Assembly (NCBI GenBank): GCA_907165135.1
Contig: OU015569.1
Span: 10,788,001-10,852,000 of the forward strand
DNA: 64,000 bases
Source: Oikopleura dioica
Taxonomy: Eukaryota; Animalia; Chordata
Direction: 5' to 3'
Below are positions 13,137-25,679 of this stretch, in pieces. The position numbers and the translations under genes were made by a program. Below the pieces are notes generated by a model. It worked only from the letters and a program-made list of their open reading frames with translations. It made no database searches and was not told the DNA's origin. Position 1 is the first letter of the stretch, and every line of letters begins with the position of its first letter.

Positions 13137-15437
13137 ATGTTGAGCATGATTTTCAAACCCCACGGTGGCTTTCATAGGCACAAGAGAATGGAAGAGCCCA
13201 ACCCAGCGCCTCCACCACTGCGAAAGAAGTTCTTCTGGGTGCTTTTTTATATTGCCGGGTGCACCTTCACGGTCATTTACTGGAAGAAGTCCATTGAGAA
13301 TTTTTACTCTTATCCATCATTAATATCAGAAGAGCAGAAAAGTTCCAAAGAAAAACAAAGTAAAAAAAAAAACAGTTTTTAAATCTCATTTTCAAAATCA
13401 ATCTTTTTTAGCATGGACGTTTCCAAATATCAACATTTGCGCCAATTCCATGCACTCAAAAGAAGTTGACAAAATCATTTTTATCAAGTTGTTTTTCAGC
13501 TTTCATTTTTGTTAATTTCGACAAGCTCAAACTAGAAATGGCGGGACTTAATCACACTGTTATCGAGCAACTTTACGGAAGCTACAGTACTCTAGGTAAA
13601 TGACACCGGGGAGGGGGGAAAACTAAAAGATACACGCAGGTGGCTTTCCGAAAACAGTTTGGAAGGATCTCATCGACAAAAATGTTTACAATGAGAGAGT
13701 GCCGGACAATTTCAAAGAGCTGAATGAGATCGATCTTGCGGCGCTTTTCGAAAACACGCGCTCTTTTTACTTTGTCGTTCAGCTAAGGGATAGCACTCTC
13801 ACTAGAAATGGAACAACTACCGTAGCAAAAGCTCGAATCCCAATCCAAGTGCCAAATAAATACGCACGACTGCCGAGACGAGTGGGAGTTCAAACGGACC
13901 ATCGCGGGCACCTGTCTCCAATACAACCCTCAGAAAGCGTTCATGGGCTCTGGAGAGCGATTCGAAATGCCGAAGCGAGTAACTCTTACGCTTTCAATGG
14001 GCTACAATTTTAGGTACCGCAACTAGTAAAAATCATTGAGAATTCATTGCCCAGTGACACTTCCTTTGGATGGAATGGGTACAACGAAGGTTTCACCATT
14101 TACTACCCGCATTTTTCCGAACTGATTCCGAGCCAACACAGTTCCTTCAGTTTATCAGCCGGTCTAACTCCGGGTATGAATCGTTTGAAATCAACGAGGA
14201 CTAACAGTTCTTCCGGTAGTCATCGATTTTCAAAATGTTGAAAGAACTCTTCTTGGTTCTCCTTATACGAAATGCAAGCCGACGGATACGTCAAATTCTT
14301 ATCTAAACCAAAAAGTCGATTACTACCGAAAGGAAACTTTTGAAATTCAGTATTTTTGCCGGAGAATTTTTTATTTTCGAAAGAGTCGATAGAATCTATG
14401 CGAGTTTACGCGGCTGCTCATAGATATTGACAAGAAATGTCACTGCTATCCGAGCTACATTGACAATATAACAGGTGATTCTTCCTTGACATCAACGATT
14501 GCCTTTGACCATGGCCTTTTCTGATAGAGCTGTTCACTATTGAAGAGTACGAGACTGAAAACCCGCCATGCAACTTCTTTCAACACGCAGTCTGTGTTTC
14601 CGAAATCATTGACCACTTTCAACTTGTTTCTGCTGGCACATGCATTCCTGCTTGTACTGAGCACTCATTCAAGCCTCAATCAATTCAGGTTTCATCATTT
14701 AAAAAACGCTCATTTTTAAAGTCAAGACTAAGTACATGCAAGTGAGCGAGCGAAGAAGCAAGGACATCCACGAGTATCTAAATATCCCCGATGACATCTA
14801 CATTGCGTCAATGGTTTTAAAGGTTTAATTTTCAAGGCAATTGCATATTCATCATTTTAAAGCTCTCTGACGAGGTGTCTGTTGTATATAAAGAACAGAG
14901 CACATATGATCCGTCCAAATTTATCGCAGACATGGGAGGAACTGCCGGAGTCGTCCTAGGTGACTAAACTTTTGAGAACTTTTAATAAGCTGAAATTAAG
15001 GACTCAGCCTCTTGAGCATCCTAAAACACATAGAAAAGATGTATCTCAATTTACTTGATAAATTCCGCTCAATATTGATGAATTACAAGCTCAAAAGAAG
15101 CCAGACAATGATGGCCAAAACACAGACAATGAATATTTCCCAGAATTTTCCAGAAAAGGTAAAAAAAAATTTGACTTGAAAATCTCACTTCTGAAATTGC
15201 TGGATGAAAAAATGCTATCTGGGCACTACTTAGAACACGACTTGCTGCATAAATAATGAACGTACTTTTCTATGGCTTGTATAATTGAATTCTGGCTAGG
15301 TGTTAACTTTGTGTGTTGATTTTTTTATTGTGTTGCATTATAAATAAACAAGATTGCAGATTGAAACTTTGAAGAAAGACACGAGTTTGAAAGAATTCAC
15401 CAGAAAAGAGGACAATGGGATAAGCAAGTTAACCTGA
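13137..15437 (+). CDS. DEG/ENaC (ASIC-like) ion channel subunit, multi-exon; start and last exon approximate
   Basis: Pre-TM1 HG motif (KPHGG), TM1 KKFFWVLFYIAGCTFTVIYW, post-TM1 WTFPNINICANSMHS, GTCLQYN, thumb Cys (CHCYP, CNFFQHAVC, CIPAC), TM2 KFIADMGGTAGVVLG|LSLLSIL. Confidence 0.88.
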
Positions 15438-15778
15438 CTGGGGGTCCCATTCTAGGTCCCCGCAGGGTCCCGGGGCGGGTGCCCCCTGCCGTCTAATTCT
15501 TTCGAAATGGTATCCGGACGAGACAAGACTGTCATAGATTCAAGTACAGTAGTAGTGCGCTCTAAAGGCTTAGTGGTAATATACCACCGTCAAAAATACG
15601 TTGATATATGTGAGTACAAGTGCTAGAATCACTGAAAGAATCATTTTATACTCAGATATTCGTGATGGATTGGGTAGAAGGTATTTACAGTTTGATAGGC
15701 GGAGAGTATTGAATATTTACTTGTTGCGAAGATACGGAATGGGTCTATATCTGCCAGTCGAAAGTAGCTGAGGAAGGT

Positions 15779-18625
15779 TTAGTATCCCCAAGGAAAACTA
15801 GAAGGGACGGCGGCTGGGAGGGGCTGCTGCGACGACGTTGAACTTGGATACTGCCCTGATTGATTGTGTGTGTAGTAGTTTGGAGGGAAGTAGTTGTGGA
15901 CGCCGTAGTTGCTCGCGGAATAAGAGGATTCGTTTGAGGAAGTGTACGAAGAGGGCTGGTAGACAGGGAAGCCCGCTTGTCCTAGTCCTGCCTGCGAGAC
16001 ATCTGGAGGGATGAAGTTGCTTCGCAGGGGAATGTTGGGTAAGAAGTTCGGCAAAGCTGTGTTGACGGAGAACTGGTCGTCATTGGTTCGCGATTTTTTG
16101 AGCTTGTAGCGGTGGTTTTGAAACCAAATCTTCACCTGAAATAATTATCAGCAAACCGCGACTGTTTGTAAGGAAAACGAAAAGGTGGAGAAAAGCGCTT
16201 TTTAATTTACGAGTTTGGACTATGGCAGCTTCCGCTTCCGTAGTGAGAACGGGGACGATATGTGTGTGCCCAAACACCTCTCGCAGAAGTCAGTAGGCCC
16301 GCCAGTTGGGTCATAAATCTATCGGTGCCTAAATGGCGCGGTAAATACGCGGCATATTTTATACACACCTCCGCCCAATTACCCTGTCATACGGTGCAAA
16401 TATTAATTCCCAGTTTCCACTTTTGAGGGGTAAAACAAAATCGCCAGTCCCGCAATACACACGGTAAACAGGCCACTTGACGCCCTCGAAAGGTCAATGC
16501 AACTGTATGTCTGATTCACGCTCAGGTACGACGACCCCTGTAATATAGAATTATCGCATCCGATTTCTTGAGCAATGGACCGCCCATAATGAAAATTTAT
16601 TACACTCAAATTGTGTCCAAATAGGGCAGTAAATATCTCAGCTCGATGCTCCTCGCATATGTATTTGCATTCACATGCATTTCGCAGGCATCAAAGGCAA
16701 CAGCCGAAATTTATGCCTTCCGAATTGCGATGCCAAAGGCGCTGCCGGCGGATGTGGACCCAATTAGGGATGCTGACTGGGTACCGTAATGTGACAAGGG
16801 CACAAATAAGCCAAACGCTGGGAACCTGCCACCGGGCGCGTCAGTTCTCTGCGCAGCTACAATTAGAAAAAAAGTGATGAACAAACAAGTAGCGCTGCAT
16901 TTGGCAGTCGATAAAAAGAACTTGGGGCAGGAAATCCGCGCATTTTCAAAATTGCTGAATCATGACTTCCATCTTCTCAAAAACAGGCCTTCCATCATTT
17001 TTAACAAAACGATTTTTGGATGTAATGTTTCCCAAAAAAGCGCCGGCGCATCAAAGAAGCTTCGGAGTGATTTATTTGTGAAGGGGATTATTATGGAGAG
17101 GCGGTGTTCTGTGTCCCGCTGGAATCACTTCCGCCTTGCTCCTTAGTTGCGTCCGGCCGAGAATGATCATGTGACATAGATTTGTCAAAGCAAAACATTT
17201 TTAAAATGGAAAATTACCTGGGTAGGAGTTAGGCTGATAGAATGGGCAAGTTGTTCGCGTTCGGGTGCGCTGAGATATCGTTGTTGTCGGAATCTGCGCT
17301 CGAGCTCGTACGTTTGTGCCTAAATGGTGATGGTGATGATTTGAGGAGTTATAAACTAGCTTTAAAACTGTAACAGCTGGGAAAACGAGCAGGGGGCGAA
17401 TAGTTCCGGCGAAAAAGGTCAGAGAACCGTGCGAAAACAAGGATTCAATTTGAGGATGTATAGGAGAATTATAAACCGCGAGCTTGTAGTGTTGCGGTTC
17501 CCAGACTGACTAAGTCCACTACATATACAGTCGGCCTGTTTGCTAGTCAATCAATTTTACGTTTTCTCCAACACATTAGTCTCTCACGAGAGTTAATTTA
17601 CTGATTTGCGCGCGGTGAGCGGGCCCATTCTCACAAGCTGCTGCTCAGGAAATGCTTTGTCAAGAAAATATACTGTCTTGCTGTTTAGAAAGGGGGTACA
17701 ATTGGTAATTATTGCGACAGAGCGTGATTTAAGAAAAGCGAGCTGAAGAGAACATAAACAAGCGTTCGAGTTGTGTCAGCTGGAAACCGCACACGTAAAT
17801 GTGTAATAATTATACTAGTCGGCCTTTGTCTCTGGAACTTGGACACAATTGGTTTCCGTGAGGCGGGCTCTCTGAAGTGGAGAAAAAGACGGATGTGCGC
17901 GTGTGTTCCTACAGAGTTCCAGTCTGGAACTCGGCCCAGACCACTACTGTAACTCAGCTTACCTTTGTAAAGAGAATTCGGCGCTTCTTCTTCTTGCTCG
18001 GCGGTCCGTCTTCATCCTCTTCATCTCCCTGCTTCGCGTCTAGAAAAGAAGAGTCAATTCTAGAGCAGCTATATTTGCGAAAAGAAGAATCGGAGAAAGC
18101 TAAGCCCTTCTGATGTTCTCCCTTTATGAATTGGTGGGAATGGAAGTGGCAAGTGTCACCAGATGACAGAACACATACGGCTCCGTAAATTCAGCGAAAT
18201 TCACGCGGCCGCTTTGAAGCGCTTTGAACTAGGAGGAATCAAGTTGATATATTTGAACACCTTCAGTTTGTGTTACTTTCACGAAACACGAAGAAAAACA
18301 CAAGAATTAGTCCACTGGGGTGTTCAATCAAGGTGCTTGATTTACCTTGCAAGTGATGGTCTGCCTGGTCGGCCCAGCTCTCGACGCTGCTCGTTCGGTT
18401 CGAGCAGTCAGATCCGATAGTTTCGTTCGTCTCGAACCCTCTCTCCCCTGGATATCTTCCATCGACCGCGTCGTACGGTTGATCATTGTGGCTCTCGCTG
18501 AATTGCTGCTCGATCTTCTGAACGACCGAATTGAGTTCGACGGAGAAGTTCGTCTTGCCGCTCTCCAGCCCGACTGAATGTCTCTCGTGCTCTTTGTGCA
18601 TGTCTCTGCGGATGTTAAGATCCAT
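15779..18625 (-). CDS. NKX2-2: NK2-class homeobox transcription factor, NKX2-2/vnd-like; four coding exons, homeodomain split by two long introns
   Basis: [11 protein letters not shown]|[34 protein letters not shown]|[14 protein letters not shown] (NK2-diagnostic Tyr54); Tyr-rich C-terminus. Confidence 0.9.
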
Positions 18626-18942
18626 TGCGACAAAAAGGGATAAGTGTTAGATAGATAGATTACAGTTCTCAAGAGTACGTCAAGTGTAATCCGGCGGGAA
18701 TGTAATTTCAAGTGATAACTCTTCACGATGATGAGGAAGGCCGCGGCGAGAGGGAACGCGCCCGGACACAGCGCCGCCCAGCGCTCCTCTCACAGCGCCA
18801 CCGGATAGTGTTTGGCAGCTTCCGCCGATGAATTTCGGTTATTCTAAGCCAGCTCAGAACATATGTTATCCGGTGCAATTCCTTACTAACTTCATAGTAG
18901 AAGAACTTTTTAATAAAAAGATGCATCTTACTTTTTTATGAA

Positions 18943-19388
18943 AAGAGTTTGAAAGAGACCATGATGGCCACTTCAAATTAAAAGATAAAATTATCATTCT
19001 TGAAAAAAAGGTGGAATTTTCGAAGAGGAGAAACTCAAATCGGAAAAATTGCACCGACGAACGCTCAAAAATTGCTCAAAAGAGGAGAAAAACGGGTTCT
19101 TTTTCCTACCCAAATTGCTTTTAAAGATGGTAAGATATTCAGAAAAATCTTGAACAGCTTTCACCTTCAGATGATGAGCCTGCAGCAAAGAAGGCAAAGC
19201 AAGATGAAGTGAATGAGAACCATCAGTGTCGAAGCTGCCTCAATCCCTACAATGACGAGCATCCCGAAGCGATCATTATTCCTTGTGCACACAAGTTCTG
19301 CTTCAATTGCATCTCAGCTCTCCCAAAGAAACATTGCCCAAACTGCCGAAGGAAATTCTTTAGCAAAAATGTTTACAAGACTCATTGA
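18943..19388 (+). CDS. Small protein or gene fragment with a C-terminal C3HC4 RING finger; 5' end unresolved
   Basis: Exon 19171-19388 reads DEPAAKKAKQDEVNENHQCRSCLNPYNDEHPEAIIIPCAHKFCFNCISALPKKHCPNCRRKF. A plausible GT-AG intron 19096-19170 joins a basic upstream exon. Confidence 0.65.
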
Positions 19389-20394
19389 GCCCTTCTCTGT
19401 CTTTTAGTTCACTCTGACAATCGCACAACACGATACACTGGAATCTTGTACCGTCGAGAAAACAATAAAAAATACAAAAAAAATCAACATCAAATTTTCG
19501 TTCGGTATCTAGATTTTATCACGTGTTCTTGTCTGATAATCGAATGATTAGGATGATAAACGATGTTCTCCAGCTTTTCTAGAGTGGGCTCAGTCGTCTT
19601 GATAAATCCGCAGCACTTATAGAGTCACTGGTGTGGGATTTGTCTTTCCGCGATGATTAGCAGACTTGGGTGGCAGGGCTTATCCAGCACCGCCATTATT
19701 TAGTGGAGAGAGTACTCGTGCAGGCACTTGGAGAGAGCGCTACCGAATTCTTTCGCTGTCAGGCGACGCAGCAACTTCCACTTCAGGGGATCCATAAACC
19801 CGCCAGCCTCGAGAGCTGTGGAAACCTTCATCGTCAGCGAGGACAGTTTTACTTGACAGCTCGAATTGCTCATTTAGCCCAATTCACTGGCAATAAATTC
19901 GAACCGCGAGTCTGGAGAAACCCCAGTTCTATTCATCTTCACTTAAGAGCCAGACTTGATCAACTAACGTATTTGTCATATGTTTGCTAGGACTGGTAAT
20001 GCAGCGCTGATGCGATTTAGACATGTTCCAACAGCGAAGTGCAATCTGTTAAAGTTAGGTGGTGTAATGCGCCGGAACAATTTGCACCGCGCACACGTTT
20101 CCTCGATAAACGAGGACGATTATCGCCCCACGGGGCGAGCTGGGCATGCCCCCGGGCGTGAGCTTGAATAAATAATAAGTCGGTTGGGCGGAAGCAGATG
20201 AGCAGTCCAAAACTTTCCAAAATCTGTCGAGCCACTTTTACTGTAGTTTTGAAAGATAGCAACAGAATTTTTAACATTATATTTTTTATCTAAAATATTT
20301 TTAATCACACTACTAATTCTGATATTCATATTTTTTGCGTTGAGAATGATTTATTTTACATTGATGAAATGGAAGTGTTGCTTTGCATTTGTTT

Positions 20395-22463
20395 TTAGTA
20401 GTCGTCTAACAGATCGCAGGACTGTATGTTTTTCTCGTCTGAGAAGCCGGAATCTGAGAAATCCGAGCAGTTTGTTCTGGAGCCAGCGACGCTTCCGGCC
20501 TCGCCCTGCTCTTTCTCCCACACCTTCGCGGAATCGCTGCTGCGTGGGGACTCGCTGTCAAACTCGCCTTTCTCGCCGAATATTTGCGACGACGGCGCTA
20601 CAAATAGTGCGTAAGAGCTAAATTATGAAACTGGAATTGCGCTGATATTGCCCAAAAAATGTATTCAAAAAGAATATTTTAATTAAAGAAGTTTGGAGAG
20701 CTTCTACTTTTGAATTCGAGGTGATTTACCGGGGCATCACTATCTGCGCATTTATGGCGGCTCATCGTTTATTATCAAGATGGGGCGAGTGTGGGATTTT
20801 CCTATGTTTGCTCACCACTGTGTTGACGCTGTGTTAAGGATGCTGAGAACATGTCGTCATCTCTGGACACCTTGAGGTGGGTAGTGAACGTATCTCGGGA
20901 CTGCCGTCGCGAGGAGATTTCTTTATACACCGACTGAAAGTGAATCAATGAAAACAAGGAAGAGGAGAAAAAGGTGGCAATTACCTGGATCTCTTTGTGC
21001 ACTTTCCATCGTCTCATGATTGCATTTTTCATCTCCGTCGAAGTGAAGCAGTAGAGGAATGAAACTATGATACCGTGTGTAGAGGAAAATAGGACTGACA
21101 GCGTGGTGCAAACATTCGCTATATCCCGAGGAACACCATTTTCTACAGTGAGATAAGGGACAATACTGTACTGCGCGCCGAGGAGTGGTATCATGGAGAG
21201 AGTAGCTTTCGACATCCTTAATTAGTTGTTATCATTTCACAATACCGTATTGTATTTAGAATATTAGAAGTATATCCAGGTGTATCTTTTGTAAAACGTT
21301 CCGATTGTCTACCTGATTGTGAAGTTACCAGATCCCGCGATATGCTCTGGTGCTCGCAATTTTTTGATTATCTCGATAATCAAAATGAAGAAAATGATCA
21401 GCCCCGTGAAGACAAAGAAGTTGATCGGGTAGTTGAGAATTTTCTTAAAATAGAATGATGACGCGCTCTTTTTCTTAGCATCAGCCACTTACATCGTACT
21501 TTTCATCTACTGAAAAGCACTGGAAACTTCCATTTTCCCGCGTGTACATTTTATACACCCATAAGCCAACGACGCAGCCGGGGAAGCCCCAGGAAAGCGC
21601 TATAAACCAATGCATCGGGTTGAAATTTTTGAAGAGGATGGTGGGCTGCTTCTGGAGCAGGACAAGGTAGAGCCCCTCGCAGACGAGCCATGCAAAGCAG
21701 GCGATGATCGAATAATTGATAAGAACTGGGTAGATCTGACACAGGAAGGTGAACTTCTTCTCGTTCCTTATGTGAGCCACGCAATACTGTTCGTAGTGCG
21801 CTTCCATCTGCGCAAGATCCTTCTGTTCTAGTTTCGAGAATTCGTAGTTTTCAAGATCGTTGATCAGGTCTGGCAGGTAACTGTATTGTTCTTCCATTCT
21901 TGGCGTTCTCCACATAAACGTCACTTGCGACCAAATAAAAAAAAGTGACCTAGAAGTCCTCATTATCTCAAAATCTCTTGAAATCGCACTGACCTCAACA
22001 TGAAGGTGAAAAGGAGATTCATGTGAATGTAAACTCGTGTGCATTTTCGAAGAAAAAAGGACATAAGCAGGAGCGAAACAATTGTTGTTATGAACGATAA
22101 GATCGAGAAGATCATCAGCATCTTGAGCAGCACCGTCAGGGTGCCCAAATCGTACGGCTCTTCGGAATTAAGAATCGGACCCGAAGAGTAGTCGTAGTAG
22201 AAGTCGTCTTCGTAAGAAGTCGAGTTAGAGGCAGATTGATTATACGACGAGCTGTAATCCGCGGTGTAGTCTGGCGCGTAGAGGCTGCAATTTTGCTGCA
22301 AATACTCTGAAAAGTGAAAGTTTGAAATCAGAACTCCAATGACGAGACGGAAAATTTAACTTCAATAAAATGTGTCTACCTAATGAGAGTCAAAATAACT
22401 CACGTATGTGTGTCTCGCGGATGCTATGCCAGCCAGCAGGGCGTTCAGGATCAGCTGTGCCAT
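20395..22463 (-). CDS. Secretin-family (class B1) GPCR with a short Tyr/Asp-rich N-terminus; last exon 20395-20597
   Basis: Signal peptide MAQLILNALLAGIASA; RKCTRVYIHMNL after TM1; AWLVCEGLYL (TM3); LSWGFP (TM4); KATLSMIPLLG (TM6); HGIIVSFLYCFTSTEMK (TM7/helix 8). Confidence 0.92.
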
Positions 22464-23240
22464 TCTGAAAGTAGCCCTGAGGAGAGCAGTCCCTGTAAGT
22501 AGTCTCGTTTTGTGTCTGAAGGAGAGAGTCAGTCGGACAATCGGTCTCCAGCCTTTGTCCGTGCGGCGTTTCCGTCCAACAATGGCTCAGCTCGAAGATG
22601 GTCGGGCAGGCAGCTAAAACGCGAAAAGTTAGTTTTCAAAGAAGGTCATTTAGAGAACCGCACAGGTCACATTGAGCCTCGTCGCAGAGGCCAGGCAGTT
22701 GACAGCCCTTTTGAGCGAGCGACACATAATGGTAGCATTTGTAAATTTCAGTTGGTATTCTGTTGTTTCTTTCAAAGATCCCATTATGTTTTGCGTCTAA
22801 AAACCGGGCTCCGAAACTCATTTTTCTTCTAATTTTAACGCCTTGTTTATATTTATAAAACGCAAGAATTTATCGTTTTAATAATTGATCTGCGTTCCTT
22901 CACAAATGGGGTTAAAAATCTTCTCTGGGCAGTTTTGGCCCATCAGTAGCTTGCTTTAAAATCTCGACAATATTGAATATTCGTAAAGTCTTTTTTGGAT
23001 TTTAGGAAAGCGTTTAAATTAAAAAGGTTTCGGATCCCGGCGCTAGTGTGTTAGATACGGCGCCATTCGTAATTTTAATTGATATTGTTCTATACACATC
23101 TATCGGTAAGCCATTTCTCTATCTACTGACCATAGTGGATAAACTAACGGCCAACGAGTTAACCAAACGGTGAATAACGTGAGCAGAAAAGCCTCCGGGG
23201 GGAGGCACTCAAGAAAAATTTCAGAACTTATTTGTCAGAA

Positions 23241-24605
23241 CAGGGGTCTAAATATCAGCCGAAATCCTAGTGCGAAAGCGAAGCGAAAGCGAACGTTTTT
23301 TTCAAATTTTTTGCGAAGCGAAAGCGAAGCGAATTCTTCGCCCAAGTGCGAAGCGAAAGCGAAGCGAAATATCATTGAAAATTGCGAAAAAAAGGCGAAA
23401 ATTTTTTCGCTTGAATTGATACGCATTTTCTGGCAAGAATCTTTAGCAATCAGCAACTCAAAAGTGATGATGATTTCGAAAACTATTTTTGGGCAGAAAA
23501 TTACAAAAAATCTGTTACTGTACTTTTCAGCTCGTCAATATAAGCCGAATGGTGGGTCTAACTGTTGATAATTCCAAGGTAGTAATAAACACTACAGCAG
23601 GGGTGACCATTTGGGCATCGGGCAGTCGGGCAAAACGGTCAATTTTCGGGCAAAATGTGTTCGGTCTGGCATTCGTTCGGCTCAGCCCCTTAAATTTGGC
23701 GGGGCAAAAGCGGGCATTTCGGGCATTTGGGCAAGTTGGGCACTTTCGGGCAATTCGGCGCTTTCGGGCAGTTGGTCAAGCCCGCGCCGAGGAAAATTCC
23801 TAAATTTCGCATTCTTTACAACTGTTTTTGCTCTTTTGCTCCTCTAACTGAATCAAAAGCCCCTCGAAACTTATTTTTCTAGCCCTTATCTATCGAAAAT
23901 CCCATCACCAGTCCAATTCTGTTGACTTGAAAATCGAAAATTAATGCCCAACTGGGCGGTTGAGGCACTTTGGTTGCCTGCCCGGCCGGGCATTTTCTGG
24001 CGTTTCGGGCATTTCGTCCACTTGCCCGACTGGGCAGTTCGGGCACCTCGGCTCGGACGGGAATTCGGACGGCGCAACTCTTGGCCCTTGATTTCGGCCG
24101 GGTATTCGGACGGCCAACCGATTTCTTGCCCGAATGGTCACCCCTACTCGATAGGAGATAACTTATCTCAGATATGATATGGCGGTCATCTTCGATTCTA
24201 GATAAGCCCTGTTCATAAAGATCATTCTTATCATTCAAAAATTATTCTAGCATACTTACAATAAAAACGGCTGGTGACAACGAGATTTCCGGTAATTAGC
24301 TTGCTAACCGGTCACTCCTTGGATTTATCAAGAGTTTGACCCACCATTAGACTCGTCTTGACAAAATGGAGAAAACTTGAATTTAAAGCGGCATCAATAA
24401 TGCCCCTCTACAAATCTTTGATAAAGAATCTTCCGAATAACAAAGCCGCTTGCTGTGCGAAAATTAAAGCGAAAATTTTGGAATTTTTGCGAAGCGAAAG
24501 CGAAGCGAATTCTGCTCTCCAGTGCGAAGCGAAGCGAAAGCGAATTCGCTTCGCTTCGCATCGCTTCGCAAAAAAGCGAATTCGCACTGCGAATTTAGAC
24601 CCCTG
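23241..24605. mobile_element. Non-autonomous hAT-like element (1365 bp) with a nested element
   Basis: Perfect 13-bp TIR CAGGGGTCTAAAT, flanking direct repeat GTCAGAA (7 bp), subterminal GCGAAGCGAAA arrays. Confidence 0.85.
23578..24146. mobile_element. Nested MITE (569 bp), hAT-like termini
   Basis: 20-bp TIR (C/T)AGGGGTGACCATT(T/C)GGGCA; TCGGGCA repeats on the left and TGCCCGA on the right; no TSD recognisable. Confidence 0.8.
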
Positions 24606-24898
24606 GTCAGAAGATACTGCCTCAAGAGACATTGGCGGGAGGGGCCCAACTTTTTCAAACGCTCTGTAATGGTGACTTCCCTAATCCCAGTTGTAAAATA
24701 AAAATGCCAGCGGAAACACTTACAAAATTGATTGTCAGACGGCGGTTGTTTTAGACAGGCGATTCCTCGGGAGAGACTTTTTTAGGTTACGCAAGAAGAA
24801 TTTTTATAAAACTATTTTCAACATACAAAAATGTAGTTTCATTGAATCAGGATTGATTTATCTTTTTCTCTCTCTCTTTCTTGGAAGCATAAGTTTCA

Positions 24899-25289
24899 GG
24901 AGGTAGATATCAAGAATTGGGATTTTCTGCCAGACTTTTCTCCCAAAGTTGAAATAGTAACACCCTTATTTTACTTTGAAAACAAAAAATCAAGACCGTT
25001 TTCTATTTTCTATGGAAGCCGAAATTTCGAATTTCAAAGAAATTTTTAACGAAATTTTCGTCAACGATTGCTAGTTTAAGAAAATTCCTAAAATGGTCAT
25101 TTTTGCGACAATCGAAGAAGCCAGATTTGCATTGTAGCACCTCGAAAGCTCAAGAAATCTAAATTTTTGGCTTCCATAGGAAAGAGATAATTGCCTGAAA
25201 TAAATTTTTAGCAGAAAAAATAAGGGGGTCACTATGTTAAAAATTTGAGAAAACACTGACAGAAAATCCGGTTCTTGATATCTACCCCC
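24899..25289. mobile_element. Kolobok-like MITE, older copy abutting the next element
   Basis: TIR GG(A/G)GGTAGATATCAAGAA; TTCA on the left and TTAA on the right (shared with the next element). Confidence 0.7.
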
Positions 25290-25293
25290 TTAA

Positions 25294-25679
25294 GGGGGTA
25301 GAAACAGCTTTCTCGATTTTGGACCGTAGCTACATAAAAGAAAACATTAGATTTACTTATGTTAACGGTTATTCCTCATAAATGTTCCTAGAAAAAGGCT
25401 TGAGATTAGCAAAACTGTGAATGAAATTTGTTTAACTATCAGGTGACTCGAGATATTCGTGTTTGAAAAGTGGCGAAAATCGAGAATTTCGGAGAGATGA
25501 GTTGCTTCTGAGCACGCTTACTCAAAAAATTGATGACTAAAACAAATTTTGAGGGAGATGCTCCTAGATCTAAGATGTTTTTATCTAAACCTGAAGAGAA
25601 AATTTGAAAATAAAAGATTCTCTTGTCTGTAGCGCCGGTCAAAAATCGCCGTTTTCGGAAAAAAGCTGTTTCTACCCCC
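25294..25679. mobile_element. Kolobok-like MITE, copy A (386 bp)
   Basis: Perfect 18-bp TIR GGGGGTAGAAACAGCTTT, TTAA on both sides, purine-purine termini. Confidence 0.88.

Noticed and set aside
20340-20621. Plus-strand ORFs of 93 and 62 aa
   Set aside because: They are antisense shadows of the GPCR last exon (20395-20597, minus strand)
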